DNA from: Candidatus Cloacimonadales bacterium
GTDB lineage: Bacteria; Cloacimonadota; Cloacimonadia; Cloacimonadales; JAIOQZ01
Direction: 5' to 3'
DNA: 64,000 nucleotides
NCBI GenBank assembly: GCA_963674825.1
Contig: OY771587.1
Span: 832,001-896,000, forward strand
The translations under genes were made by a program, and so were the position numbers. This document shows, piece by piece, positions 19,135 to 29,110 of this stretch (its first letter is position 1; every line of letters starts with the position of its first letter). The notes beneath the pieces were generated by a model, which made no database searches, was not told the DNA's origin, and saw only the letters and a list, made by a program, of their open reading frames with translations.

Positions 19135-19239
19135 AACAGGACCTTCTTATTTTACAACAAGTTACGTCACGAGGAAGAATCTTGCGGCTATACGCAGCCG
19201 CTTTTTTTCCGTAGAAAAGAGGAATCTTTTTCCCTTACC

Positions 19240-19611
19240 CTACTCCATTGCGATCATTGAAATCTCGACCTGCGCGAATTTCGGCAGAGCACTAACTTCC
19301 ACGACCTCGCGTGCCGGGTACGGATCTTCGAAAAAGGACTTGTAGATTTCGTTGAATTGAGGATACATTTCCATGTCGATCAGAAATACTGTCGCTTTAA
19401 GAACGTTGCTCATGCCCAGGTTATTCTCTTCCAGGATATTCTTCACGTTCCGCATGGCCTGCCTGACTTGCTCATCAAAGGATGTATCAAGCTCGCCTGT
19501 TGATGGGTCCAGCCCGATCTGCCCAGAGATGAAAACCATTCCATTTTTAACAACTGCCTGAGAGTACGGTCCAAGTGCTGCGGGTGCACGGTGCGTGCTG
19601 ATCGATTTCAT
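19240..19611 (-). CDS. ridA: RidA/YjgF family deaminase
   Basis: APAALGPYSQAV, ISGQIG, PYPARE, ALPK..QVEI; start ATG 19611 with AGGAG SD. Confidence 0.92.
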   Translation of the reverse strand: MKSISTHRAPAALGPYSQAVVKNGMVFISGQIGLDPSTGELDTSFDEQVRQAMRNVKNILEENNLGMSNVLKATVFLIDMEMYPQFNEIYKSFFEDPYPAREVVEVSALPKFAQVEISMIAME

Positions 19612-19702
19612 AATGTCTCCTTGATCTGGTTTAGATGCCTGAAATGTATCAACCGTGCGGATATCGTCAATGTAAATATTAACGCAGTGAATCCCACATG
19701 AA

Positions 19703-19723
19703 GTCATCTTCTGTATCGAAGGG
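19703..19723. repeat. Possible shortened REP copy in opposite orientation
   Basis: GTCATC-TTCTGTA-TCGAAGGG versus GTCATC-CTGAGCGGAG-TCGAAGGG; directly after the stop of 19724-21349. Confidence 0.4.
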
Positions 19724-21349
19724 TCATTTCATCAGTGTCACCTTCTGCGTTCTGAGCGCTTTATCTCCTGCATTCAGCTTACAGAAGTAGACCCCGCTTG
19801 CGAAATCTCCGGCATTCCAGGTGATGGATGAGGGAAACCCCCTTTTATTCCCCCTTATCAGGGGGATAGGGACTGAGTCCACCTTTTGCCCTCGTATATT
19901 ATAGATTTCTATCGTCAAATCATGATATTCTGTGTCCGTCTTGATCTCGAACGACACCTCCGGATTGAACGGATTGGGGTAGGCATTGAACGTGATATCC
20001 GCCGGTGGCACGGTCTCGTCGTCAATCGGTGTCGGATCTTGTTCAACTAATCCGGCATGGCCGGCATACACATAGACATCGCCATAGTTGTTTGGATTAT
20101 CCCAGTTCTGCCCCCAAGCCCCCACAGCAATGTCATCGAATCCATCATTATTGAAATCTCCGACAGCGCTGGGACCATAACCATAATGCCCATCGAATTC
20201 ATCATAATCCTTTGTTCCGTTCTGATTTCCGAGGTAGAAATACAAATAACCGCCGAATTCAGTCCCGTGGGTTTGAATATAATCAATCTTCTGATCATCA
20301 TTTATATCACCAACTTTGGGGCAGAAATAAAGTCCGGTCATGACATACGTAAATCGATCCCAATCAATCGTTTCGCCGCCTCGCCATAGACGGGTTCCAA
20401 GGGCGTTGAATTCCTCATCGATATCATAATATGTAAATGCGAAATCGTCGTAACCATCTCCATCCCAATCGCCTGCCGGTACCAGTTCATACCAATGAGA
20501 ATATCCATATGTTCTCCTTTCATAATCGAGCGATGCATCCGGGATTGTATCCTGTACAGTTCCACCCCAGAAGAAACGATCGTAGTGGTAGAAGGTACGA
20601 GTTCCATCCTCATTTAGAATCGAATTTCCCTCGTAATAATAGCTGAAGTCGTCATAGCCATCGTTGTTCACATCACCCAGTCCGCGGAATCCGCGTCCGT
20701 TGCGCGTATAGATGCTGTCAACGAACACAACCTTCTCGAAGCTGCCGCCGTAGATGATCGAGTAGGTGAGATGGTTGCTTTTTTCCTCCGTTACTCCCGC
20801 GTCGTCGTACCCGTCGCCGTTGATGTCGCCCAGCGGGTGGAGATCGATGTCAGCGAAATCCGCCTCGGAATCAAATGAGTGATCAGTTATCGTATCATTG
20901 ACAGTATTGCCTTCAAGAATACGATAATAGTAGAAGTAATGATATTCTCCGTCATAGGTTCTCTCATAATGAATGTAACCAATTTCATCGCAATTATCAC
21001 CGTTCATATCACCAAGATTCTCAATTCTCATCCACGAGTAATTTCTAACAAGGTTCGTATCAATCACCGTAGAGATCGTCAAACTTGGTGCATAGGGCAA
21101 TCCCAGATCTGAACCGTAGTACACATACAGCTTGCCCTGTTGCATGGTGTAGTTTGGATCATTGTCATATCGGTATGCATTCACAGCCAGATCATCAATG
21201 TCGTCGCCGTTGAAATCCAGCGAAATTACACTCATACCGAAGTTATCGTTTGCTTGCTCGCCGTGTTGCTGCCATACAATATCGAGCTGGTTGTTGGCAA
21301 TTAAAAGAACGCTAATAGTGAGTAAGATGGCTATACAAAGGTATCGCAT
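19724..21349 (-). CDS. FG-GAP repeat secreted protein with T9SS type-A-like C-terminal domain
   Basis: Signal peptide; many (G)DxNxDGxDD repeats; CTD AYPNPFNP...IYNIRGQKV...W...ASGVYFCKL...KVTLMK. Confidence 0.92.
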   Translation of the reverse strand: MRYLCIAILLTISVLLIANNQLDIVWQQHGEQANDNFGMSVISLDFNGDDIDDLAVNAYRYDNDPNYTMQQGKLYVYYGSDLGLPYAPSLTISTVIDTNLVRNYSWMRIENLGDMNGDNCDEIGYIHYERTYDGEYHYFYYYRILEGNTVNDTITDHSFDSEADFADIDLHPLGDINGDGYDDAGVTEEKSNHLTYSIIYGGSFEKVVFVDSIYTRNGRGFRGLGDVNNDGYDDFSYYYEGNSILNEDGTRTFYHYDRFFWGGTVQDTIPDASLDYERRTYGYSHWYELVPAGDWDGDGYDDFAFTYYDIDEEFNALGTRLWRGGETIDWDRFTYVMTGLYFCPKVGDINDDQKIDYIQTHGTEFGGYLYFYLGNQNGTKDYDEFDGHYGYGPSAVGDFNNDGFDDIAVGAWGQNWDNPNNYGDVYVYAGHAGLVEQDPTPIDDETVPPADITFNAYPNPFNPEVSFEIKTDTEYHDLTIEIYNIRGQKVDSVPIPLIRGNKRGFPSSITWNAGDFASGVYFCKLNAGDKALRTQKVTLMK

Positions 21350-21369
21350 GGTACCCTCCTGTAGGAAGG

Positions 21370-21398
21370 AATATCGACAATTATATAAGGTCTGTCAA
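21370..21398 (-). promoter_or_regulatory. Putative sigma70 promoter of the FG-GAP gene
   Basis: TTGACA-N17-GATATT upstream of AGGAGG SD. Confidence 0.45.
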
Positions 21399-21442
21399 GA
21401 ACAACATGATTTGTGTGGTACGACATTTCAGATAAGAAAGAT

Positions 21443-21468
21443 AAAAAAAAGGGAGCCATTTGGCTCCC
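21443..21468 (-). terminator. Rho-independent terminator after rplS
   Basis: GGGAGCC-AAAT-GGCTCCC followed by T8. Confidence 0.9.
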
Positions 21469-21474
21469 ATAAAC

Positions 21475-21822
21475 TTAGTAGCGTTTTTTCTCTTTAACTC
21501 TGGCTGCTTTACCTTTCACGCGGCGCAGGTAGAAGAGTTTTGCCCGGCGTACATGACCGAACCGGACAACATCGATTTTATCGATAAGAGGTGAACTCAG
21601 CGGAAGAACGCGCTCGACGGCGACTCCATTGCTGATTTTGCGAACGGTAAAGGTCTTGGAAATGCCCATTCCACGTTTCTGGATCACGATTCCCTGGAAG
21701 ACCTGAATACGTTCTTTGCTTCCTTCTTTAATCTTGTAGTGAACTTTTACGGTGTCACCCACGCGAAATTCGGGGTGATCAGTGCGAATCTGCGATTTCA
21801 TGGCAGTATATACAACGTCCAT
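21475..21822 (-). CDS. rplS: 50S ribosomal protein L19
   Basis: [29 protein letters not shown]. Confidence 0.98.
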   Translation of the reverse strand: MDVVYTAMKSQIRTDHPEFRVGDTVKVHYKIKEGSKERIQVFQGIVIQKRGMGISKTFTVRKISNGVAVERVLPLSSPLIDKIDVVRFGHVRRAKLFYLRRVKGKAARVKEKKRY

Positions 21823-21832
21823 GATTCCTCCT

Positions 21833-22390
21833 TTATTTTTCGGAAGAAAGCCTGTCCAGTACGATTGCAGCAGCGCTCCGTACAGAAAGATGGTTGTAGT
21901 AAACCATCCCCGAGATCGGTTCCAGAACGTAATGCGCGTTCTGATGAACTTCTTCGGTTAGTCCGTTGCCTGTTCCAAACAGGAGCAAGATCGGAGCTTC
22001 GGACGCGTGTGATCTCAGTTCACCGAATCCTATCTGGTCGTCTCGCTTGACTGCTGTCGTTGTGACAATGCTCGGAAAGACTCCTTCCTGTTTTTTAATC
22101 ACGTTTACGGTTTCGTCGATCGAATGACTGAAGCGCATGATGGAGAGGGCTTCGGCGCGGTCGGGATTGTATTCTTTTCCCGTATCGCTGTCCCAGAAGC
22201 CGGTAATGCGCTTGAACATCTCGTGCTGGCTATCCAGCGGCGTTATCACGAAAAACTGTTTTACGCCGAATGTGAGGCACGAGCGTGGTATGTCGTGCAG
22301 ATCGAGGTTGGTCACTGAAGTGGTAACAACCTCGTTCCGGCGGTTATACACCGGATGATGCACCAGGCCGACATACAATCGTTCAATCAT
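21833..22390 (-). CDS. SPOUT-class RNA methyltransferase (TrmD-associated type)
   Basis: [41 protein letters not shown]; follows trmD. Confidence 0.88.
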   Translation of the reverse strand: MIERLYVGLVHHPVYNRRNEVVTTSVTNLDLHDIPRSCLTFGVKQFFVITPLDSQHEMFKRITGFWDSDTGKEYNPDRAEALSIMRFSHSIDETVNVIKKQEGVFPSIVTTTAVKRDDQIGFGELRSHASEAPILLLFGTGNGLTEEVHQNAHYVLEPISGMVYYNHLSVRSAAAIVLDRLSSEK

Positions 22391-23063
22391 GGTTGTCCAG
22401 CAAGTCCGGCCGAACCTTTCGAGTCCGGTTCATGGCGTCTTCTTCGCGCCATCGGTCGATATTCCTGTGGTTACCCGATAACAGGACATCCGGCACCTTC
22501 ATGCCTTCAAAGACGGGCGGTCTGGTATAGTGCGCACAGCCGAGAATCCCCTGTTGATGGGAGTCGGTCATGGCAGAATCCAGGTCGCTGAGTACGCCTT
22601 CCTGCAATCTCGCCAGAGCGTCGATCATAACCATCGCCGGCAATTCTCCGCCGGACAGCACATAGTCTCCGATAGAGATCTCGTCCGTGACCCAATGGTC
22701 ACGAATGCGCTGATCGAGCTCCTTGTAGTGCCCGCATATCATCACGATACGCTTTTTCGCACAGTAGTCCTGCACGATCTGCTGATCGAGCAGGCGTCCT
22801 TGTGGTGTGAAGTAAACCACAGGCGTATCATCGTCAATGGCAGCAAATTTCATCGCTTCGTGCACCGGTTCGGGTTTCATAACCATCCCAGCGCCACCGC
22901 CATAAGGATAGTCGTCCGTCTGCCGATGCTTATTGAAGGCGAAATCCCTGATATCGATCAGGTTAACCGCTATAGCACCCTCGCGAATCGCGATCCCGGT
23001 GATGCTCTCGGTGAGAATACCGGTAAACAGGTGTGGGAACAACGTCAGGACATCGATCTTCAT
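22383..23063 (-). CDS. trmD: tRNA (guanine37-N1)-methyltransferase
   Basis: DDYPYGGGAGMVMKPEP, CGHY, SIGDYVLSGGE, YTRP. Confidence 0.98.
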   Translation of the reverse strand: MKIDVLTLFPHLFTGILTESITGIAIREGAIAVNLIDIRDFAFNKHRQTDDYPYGGGAGMVMKPEPVHEAMKFAAIDDDTPVVYFTPQGRLLDQQIVQDYCAKKRIVMICGHYKELDQRIRDHWVTDEISIGDYVLSGGELPAMVMIDALARLQEGVLSDLDSAMTDSHQQGILGCAHYTRPPVFEGMKVPDVLLSGNHRNIDRWREEDAMNRTRKVRPDLLDNHD

Positions 23064-23566
23064 AGATCCATCAGCTCATCAAGATTTCTGGCATAGATGC
23101 TGCGGTCATCCTGACGCTCGACATAACGTCCGACATCGGGAAACATAAACTGGCTCCCATCCGGACGCTCCACTGTAAGGACACGATGATCGGCTTGTTC
23201 CATCCAGTCGATGACAGTCCCGACCATCTCACCCTGGGCATACACCTGTTTATCGACAGGATCGTCGATATCTTCACCTAAAAGCTGATTGAAAGCCTCA
23301 GGATTAAGCGCCAGGGTGATTCGTTTCCTTTGCTGGACATGGTCGCTCAGATCGATTTCGTCGAAGCGGAAAAACGTTTTTCCGCCCGAACTGATGCGAT
23401 CGACAACCGTTGTCAGTATCACGCTATGATCTGGAAAGATCAAAAATACATCCTGCATCTGCAGGAACCCGGGTCGAAAACCTTTGCCCGGACGGAACTG
23501 AATGTATCCATTCGCTTCGACCCGGAAGCCCAGTGTTCCGACCGGGATTAAATCGGAAAGCTGCAT
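23060..23566 (-). CDS. rimM: Ribosome maturation factor RimM (divergent)
   Basis: Syntenic position rpsP-KH-rimM-trmD, 168 aa, PRC-barrel-like C-terminus; N-terminal motif poorly conserved. Confidence 0.8.
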   Translation of the reverse strand: MQLSDLIPVGTLGFRVEANGYIQFRPGKGFRPGFLQMQDVFLIFPDHSVILTTVVDRISSGGKTFFRFDEIDLSDHVQQRKRITLALNPEAFNQLLGEDIDDPVDKQVYAQGEMVGTVIDWMEQADHRVLTVERPDGSQFMFPDVGRYVERQDDRSIYARNLDELMDL

Positions 23567-23796
23567 TACTCGATAATTTCCAGCTCTGCTCTCTTTCCTT
23601 GTTTGGTGGAAACTGCATTGAGAATTGTACGGATCGCGCCGGCAGTTCTTCCCCTCTTGCCGATCACTTTTCCGATATCCGCTTTCGCGACTCGAAGTTC
23701 GTAAAGGGTAATTTTGTCGCCAGCGATTTCTTTGATATCGACTTCACTGGGATCATCGACAAGCGCCTTTACAACGTACTCGATCAAATCTCTCAT
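23566..23796 (-). CDS. khpA: KH-domain RNA-binding protein KhpA
   Basis: [13 protein letters not shown]; follows rpsP. Confidence 0.93.
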   Translation of the reverse strand: MRDLIEYVVKALVDDPSEVDIKEIAGDKITLYELRVAKADIGKVIGKRGRTAGAIRTILNAVSTKQGKRAELEIIE

Positions 23797-24113
23797 TCCT
23801 TCTCTCCTTCTTCTGCTGCTTTTTCAAGCGCAGGAGCAGGTTCCTCTTTTGATTGCCGCATCTCGTGCCACTTCTGCAGGATTCCGGCTCTCTTAAAGAA
23901 CGAACGGACCGTCTCCGACGGCTGTGCACCAACGCTTAACCATTTGATTGCTTTTTCTGTATCTATTTTCAATGTAAAAGGCTCTGTCTTGGGATCGTAG
24001 TGCCCAATATTGTCCAGATATTTACCGTCGCGTTTCAGTCTCGAATCGACCGCAACTATACGATAGAACGGATTATTTTTCGAACCCATCCGTCTCAGTC
24101 TGAGTTTAACCAT
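23793..24113 (-). CDS. rpsP: 30S ribosomal protein S16
   Basis: [10 protein letters not shown]...PFYRIV...RDG...WL..GAQPS. Confidence 0.98.
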   Translation of the reverse strand: MVKLRLRRMGSKNNPFYRIVAVDSRLKRDGKYLDNIGHYDPKTEPFTLKIDTEKAIKWLSVGAQPSETVRSFFKRAGILQKWHEMRQSKEEPAPALEKAAEEGEKE

Positions 24114-24183
24114 TTTCTCCTCTTTTTCATCGTAATTTTAGACCTAAAACTTTTTGTGTTTCAGTCTTTTAGTCAAGTATTTT

Positions 24184-25506
24184 TTAAAACGGCATATTCA
24201 TCATGCGCTTGCCGGCTTTAGGATTACTGAAATTTTTGATCATTTTTTTCATCTGTTCAAACTGCTTAAGCAAACGGTTAATATCCTGCACCGTCGTGCC
24301 GCTTCCGGTCGCAATGCGCTTTCTGCGGCTACCGCCGATGATCTCCGGGCGCTCCCGTTCACTGGGCGTCATGGAATAGATGATCGCTTCGATCCGCTTG
24401 AGATCTTTTTCATCGACCTTCACGTTTTTCAGCATACTCTTATTTACGCCAGGCATCATACCTAAGATCTGATCCAGCGGCCCCATATTGCGAACCTGAT
24501 GAATCTGATCCAGGAAATCGTCGAAGGTGAACTGGTTCTTTTTCAGCCGATTCGCAAGCTTCTCCGCTTTCTCCTGGTCGATCGCCTTCTCTGCCTTTTC
24601 TATCAGGCTGAGGACATCGCCCATTCCTAAAATGCGTGAAGCCATCCGATCGGGATGAAACTCCTCCAGATCACTGGTTTTTTCACCGGTTCCGACAAAC
24701 ACAACCGGCTTGTCGGTCACCGACTTGATAGACAGCGCAGCGCCACCACGGGCATCGCCATCCATCTTGGTAAGGATCACACCGTCGAAAGACAGACGAT
24801 CATTGAATTCGCGCGCAACAGTCACCGCGTCCTGCCCCGTCATCGCGTCTGCAACGAAGAAGATATAATCTGGCTTGATGAAGCTCTTGAGCTCCTCGAG
24901 TTCGAACATCATCTTCTCATCGATGTGAAGGCGTCCTGCCGTATCGAATATAAGCAGATTGACCATATTCTTGTCGGCATAATCAACGGCCTTCTTCGCG
25001 ATCTTTACCACATCCTTGGTCTCGTCGGAGATAACGGGTATGTCGAGCTGTTTACCAAGGACTTGGAGCTGGTGGATCGCGGCGGGACGATAGACATCAC
25101 AGGCAACCAGCGTTGGCGTGTTGCCTTTCTTACGGTAAAAGGCGGCGAGCTTCGAACAGGCGGTCGTTTTACCCGAGCCCTGGAGGCCAACCAGCATGAT
25201 CTTGTTGATCCGGTTGGTCTGAAGCTGGATCTTCACGATTTTATCGCCCATCAGACGAATCAGTTCTTCGTGGACGATCTTGACAACTTGCTGTCCGGGC
25301 ACCAGGCTTTTCATCACCTCCTGCCCGACGGCACGTTCCTGAACGTCCTGAACGAACTGCTTTACTATCTTGAAATTTACGTCCGCTTCCAGGAGCGCGC
25401 GTCGTACTTCACGAAGGGATTCCTTGATGTTGGCCTCGGTAAGCTTACCGTAGCCGCGCATTTTCTTGAAAATCCCATCCAGCCGTTCGCTCAATTCACC
25501 GAACAT
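24184..25506 (-). CDS. ffh: Signal recognition particle protein Ffh
   Basis: GLQGSGKTT, DTAGRL, TKMDGDARGG, Met-rich M domain, SRRKRIA.GSG. Confidence 0.98.
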   Translation of the reverse strand: MFGELSERLDGIFKKMRGYGKLTEANIKESLREVRRALLEADVNFKIVKQFVQDVQERAVGQEVMKSLVPGQQVVKIVHEELIRLMGDKIVKIQLQTNRINKIMLVGLQGSGKTTACSKLAAFYRKKGNTPTLVACDVYRPAAIHQLQVLGKQLDIPVISDETKDVVKIAKKAVDYADKNMVNLLIFDTAGRLHIDEKMMFELEELKSFIKPDYIFFVADAMTGQDAVTVAREFNDRLSFDGVILTKMDGDARGGAALSIKSVTDKPVVFVGTGEKTSDLEEFHPDRMASRILGMGDVLSLIEKAEKAIDQEKAEKLANRLKKNQFTFDDFLDQIHQVRNMGPLDQILGMMPGVNKSMLKNVKVDEKDLKRIEAIIYSMTPSERERPEIIGGSRRKRIATGSGTTVQDINRLLKQFEQMKKMIKNFSNPKAGKRMMNMPF

Positions 25507-26144
25507 CGAAGCCTCTCAATCTGTTTCTCATAGTGATCCGATTGGAATATATACGAACCCGCCACGAACATGGTAACACCGGCCTCAGCCAGACTGCCTA
25601 TGTTCGTGTGAGTAACACCGCCGTCGATTTCGATCTCGACCTCAGCGCCTATACGGGTCATTTCATCTTTTAACATTTTGATTTTATCATAGACCAGTGG
25701 CAGAAATTTCTGTCCACCGTATCCAGGATTTACACTCATCAGCAGCACGAAATCCAGCTCGGGCAGTATGGGGAAAATATCCTGCACCGGCTTGCCGGGG
25801 TTTAGCGCCAGTCCTGCCTTCATTCCCAGTTCCTGTATTAACCGAACTTCCCGATGCACGTGAAATACCGTTTCGGGATGGAATGAGACATAGGTGACGC
25901 CAGCCTCCGCCAGCGGTTGGAAGTAGTCATGCGGATTTGTTACCATGAGGTGCGCGTCCATCGGCTTCGTCGCAATTTTAGCGATCTGACCGATGATTGG
26001 CATACCAAAGGTGGTATTGGGCACAAAGTGACCATCCATCACATCGAGGTGGATAATATCCGCCCCAGCATTCTCTATGGATCGTATCTCTTCTCCCAGC
26101 TTCATAAAATCGGCTGAAAGGATCGACGGTGCTATTTTAACCAT
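25491..26144 (-). CDS. rpe: Ribulose-phosphate 3-epimerase
   Basis: IAPSILSADF, HLDVMDGHFVPN, MSVNPG.GGQ, EIDGG. Confidence 0.97.
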   Translation of the reverse strand: MVKIAPSILSADFMKLGEEIRSIENAGADIIHLDVMDGHFVPNTTFGMPIIGQIAKIATKPMDAHLMVTNPHDYFQPLAEAGVTYVSFHPETVFHVHREVRLIQELGMKAGLALNPGKPVQDIFPILPELDFVLLMSVNPGYGGQKFLPLVYDKIKMLKDEMTRIGAEVEIEIDGGVTHTNIGSLAEAGVTMFVAGSYIFQSDHYEKQIERLRCSVN

Positions 26145-26442
26145 GAATCCGCTTTCGGCTCCTGATAAAGAAGACAAGCTCTTCGACTTTCACATCCGTC
26201 TGTGCGTTTAAATTCGCCAGAAGACGCTTACGGTCGAGAACAAGCTCCTGCATCCAGACGCTGTTCTCAACGCCAATGTGTAGTGTTCCGTTCTCAAAAC
26301 GATCGACAAAGCTTCTTTCTGCGATGAGATCGCCAACGACCTTCTTCCAATGTATGCACAATGTCAGAAAATCCCGGTTCTCTTCACCGGCGATTCGATA
26401 TAGAAGCTTCTCGACCGCGCTTTCAGCACGGACGATACTCAT
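26137..26442 (-). CDS. DUF721/DciA family protein
   Basis: W..VVG..IA....GTLHIGVENSVWMQEL pattern. Confidence 0.85.
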   Translation of the reverse strand: MSIVRAESAVEKLLYRIAGEENRDFLTLCIHWKKVVGDLIAERSFVDRFENGTLHIGVENSVWMQELVLDRKRLLANLNAQTDVKVEELVFFIRSRKRIHG

Positions 26443-26445
26443 GAA

Positions 26446-27003
26446 CTACTCGGCCTTAGTGGTAAATAAGGAAATTCCCCACCAGGAGAGCAGCGCAAGT
26501 GCAAGCGCCGTGTAATAAGCCATCCCCAGCGAACCATAGCTGGTATCGAAACGCATGATCACGATCGCCGGAACGAACGCAAGAACGATCAGCAGAATAT
26601 AACCTGCAATCGAAGTAGCGCGTGAACGGTTGATCAGAATTACGCTGACGACACCAAGGCCAACCAGAATCGCGGTTCCGATAACGGTTACGATACCGGT
26701 TCCGAAGCTCAACAAACCCGGGAATAATGACAGGAACATACGTACGGGCGTATAGAGCGCTACAAGTACGAGGAACCCACCAAGGATCTTGTTGATCAGA
26801 GTCTTGGTTGCGGGATTGATCTCCTGCCGGCGCTGATGTGTTTTCGAATAGAAATACACACCGACGAATATCAGCAGGAAAAATACCATATAGGCCGGGA
26901 TCATGACGGCGGCATTGTCGGTCGCAAAACCGATTGAGGCGAAACAAAACAACAGGACAATCCAGCCAATCGTTTTGAACACAGTCATAAGATGCTGTTT
27001 CAA
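26446..27003 (-). CDS. Hypothetical membrane protein (about 6 TM)
   Basis: Hydrophobic 185-aa ORF, TTG start with GGAGG SD, fills the rplI-DUF721 gap. Confidence 0.75.
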   Translation of the reverse strand: MKQHLMTVFKTIGWIVLLFCFASIGFATDNAAVMIPAYMVFFLLIFVGVYFYSKTHQRRQEINPATKTLINKILGGFLVLVALYTPVRMFLSLFPGLLSFGTGIVTVIGTAILVGLGVVSVILINRSRATSIAGYILLIVLAFVPAIVIMRFDTSYGSLGMAYYTALALALLSWWGISLFTTKAE

Positions 27004-27014
27004 ATCAACCTCCC

Positions 27015-27527
27015 CTATTCGTTGATTTCTGCTACCTCTTCAGCTTTCTCTTCAACTTTTTCAGCAGCTTTTTCTTCTTCGTCTTCTTCTTTTACCACGA
27101 CCACTTTAACGTTGGCAACCACATCGGTAGCGAATTTCACGAAGACTGTTGTCTCGCTGATTTCTTTGATGTGTTTTTCCATGTGGATCATGGATTTGTG
27201 GATGTTCATGTCTTTCTTTTCGAGCTCATGAACAATGTCCACTTCGGAGACGGAACCGAACAGGTGACCATTCTCGTCCGCTTTGCGTTCGAAGCGAATT
27301 TCCACGTTGTCCAAAGCTTTAGCAAGCGCTTTTAATTCGTCCAGCTTTTTCAGGCGTTCCTCTTCAGCTTTCTGTTTGATCGCAGCAACGCGATTCATAT
27401 TGCCCTTCGTCGCAAAGATAGCTAACTTTTTTGGCACGAGATAATTACGGGCATAGCCGTCCTTCACCTTGAGAAGATCGCCGGCTGCACCGAGTTTTTC
27501 TACGTCAGTCATCAGAATGACCTTCAT
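27015..27527 (-). CDS. rplI: 50S ribosomal protein L9
   Basis: MKVIL..DV..LG..GD...VKDGYARNYL, LFGSV. Confidence 0.98.
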   Translation of the reverse strand: MKVILMTDVEKLGAAGDLLKVKDGYARNYLVPKKLAIFATKGNMNRVAAIKQKAEEERLKKLDELKALAKALDNVEIRFERKADENGHLFGSVSEVDIVHELEKKDMNIHKSMIHMEKHIKEISETTVFVKFATDVVANVKVVVVKEEDEEEKAAEKVEEKAEEVAEINE

Positions 27528-28395
27528 CTATTTCCTCCATGTTTGTAATTTTACGAAAATCAAACCATATATCGAATACACCCATCAATGCGATCAGGCC
27601 CAGCATATACGAGTTGAGCAGAATCGCGAATATCAGGATGAATGACAAGACTCTCGACTCTCGGAACATTTTGCCCCAGTAGAAATCGAGAATCGCAACG
27701 CCCTGGATAAGAAACAACCCCGTCAGCGAGATCAGGACGTTTCCCCCTATGACATTTGTCAAAGGTATCAGAAACATCACCAATCCAGCTATCAAAAGGT
27801 AAACCAGGGGAAATGGCATTCTCAGCCTTTTGTGTACCCACATCAGTGGAATTCTCCGGGAAAGGATCACCGCGCCAAGATAGATCGCGATAATCATGGA
27901 AAGAATCCAGGCCGAAGGATAGTAGTTCAGGAAGAAGTCCTTGAAGTTGGACCAGAAGTCCAGGATAACCTGGATCTGCTCCTGGGTGTAATCCCCTTCT
28001 TTAACGATCTGCATGAAGGTTTCGAACCCGTTTGCAATCAACTGATGATAGAACTTCCCGAACAAAACAGCCTTCGTGGCCATATACACCGAAATCCAGC
28101 CTGCTGCCGACAGCACTGCTTGCAGGTAGCTCCCAAAGCGTGCAAGGATCAGCATAAACAGATAGGACGTTCCGGCAACGGCCAGAATGGAGTCCGCCAT
28201 TTGCGCCGTCTCGATCACTTCGCCAAACCACATTCCTGTGATAACGAGCGCAAAGACAGCGTAGAGAATCCCGGCGTTTACATGACCGAGAAATAAATTT
28301 TTGCCACTTATACCAATTAGAAAGATCAGAGCCAGCGCTGGGGAAATCAATGAAAGGATCGCCGCAACGACCGGCTGGATAATCAGGCTAATCAC
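27505..28395 (-). CDS. DUF2232/YybS family membrane protein
   Basis: Multi-TM, QG motif, C-terminal GVFDIWFDFRK; between rpsR and rplI. Confidence 0.88.
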   Translation of the reverse strand: MISLIIQPVVAAILSLISPALALIFLIGISGKNLFLGHVNAGILYAVFALVITGMWFGEVIETAQMADSILAVAGTSYLFMLILARFGSYLQAVLSAAGWISVYMATKAVLFGKFYHQLIANGFETFMQIVKEGDYTQEQIQVILDFWSNFKDFFLNYYPSAWILSMIIAIYLGAVILSRRIPLMWVHKRLRMPFPLVYLLIAGLVMFLIPLTNVIGGNVLISLTGLFLIQGVAILDFYWGKMFRESRVLSFILIFAILLNSYMLGLIALMGVFDIWFDFRKITNMEEIDEGHSDD

Positions 28396-28413
28396 GGCCT
28401 GAAATACCTCGAA

Positions 28414-28647
28414 TTAGAGCGCGCGATACGGAAGCAGTGCCATCTGCCGGGCTTTCTTGATTTCCCGGACCAGTCTACGCTGGTGCTTGGCACAGGTTCC
28501 CGTAATGCGAGTCGGTTCGATCTTGCCGGATTCGGCTACATAGTACTTGAGCGAGTCAATGTTCTTGTAGTCAATTACGAGGTCCGGCTTAGAGCAGAAT
28601 TTGCAGTATTTTTTTCTGAATTTTTTTCTGGAATCGAATCTACGCAT
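28414..28647 (-). CDS. rpsR: 30S ribosomal protein S18
   Basis: CKFC, IDYK, GKI...[19 protein letters not shown]. Confidence 0.97.
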   Translation of the reverse strand: MRRFDSRKKFRKKYCKFCSKPDLVIDYKNIDSLKYYVAESGKIEPTRITGTCAKHQRRLVREIKKARQMALLPYRAL

Positions 28648-28663
28648 GGTATCTCCTTGAAAT

Positions 28664-29101
28664 TTAGAATGGGACGTCATCGTCCGTCACATCTGACGGC
28701 GGCATGTTGTCGTTGTAGTTGGCAGGGCTGGAATTACTTCCACCCGATCGGTCACCCCATTCGAGAAAGTGGATGTTGGTCGCAACGATCTCGACGCTCT
28801 TTCGGTTCTGATTGTTTTTATCGACCCAATTGCGAGTCTGGATACGTCCTTCGACGAGGATGGGGCTACCCTTATGCAGTTCTTCGGCGCAGCGTTCGGC
28901 CAGCTTTGACCAAGCAACGACGTCGATGAAGTGCGATTCTTCGTGGCCTTCTCCTGATTGGTCGCGGAAAAAGCGACTGAATGCGAGAGAGAGACCAGCT
29001 ATAGGGGTACCATTTTGTGTGTATCGAAGTTCAACATCCCGGGTAATTCGACCGGAAATCGTGATGTAATTGATTTTTGGTAACCGCAAATCGCCTGCCA
29101 T
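28664..29101 (-). CDS. ssb: Single-stranded DNA-binding protein
   Basis: [22 protein letters not shown]-terminal DDDVPF. Confidence 0.97.
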   Translation of the reverse strand: MAGDLRLPKINYITISGRITRDVELRYTQNGTPIAGLSLAFSRFFRDQSGEGHEESHFIDVVAWSKLAERCAEELHKGSPILVEGRIQTRNWVDKNNQNRKSVEIVATNIHFLEWGDRSGGSNSSPANYNDNMPPSDVTDDDVPF

Positions 29102-29110
29102 GTGTTACTC

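Noticed and set aside
19185..19209. GCGGCT-N6-AGCCGC followed by T7 as the ridA terminator
   Set aside because: The U-tract is on the plus strand, the wrong orientation for ridA; it could be an activator site for the flgB promoter but I cannot support that
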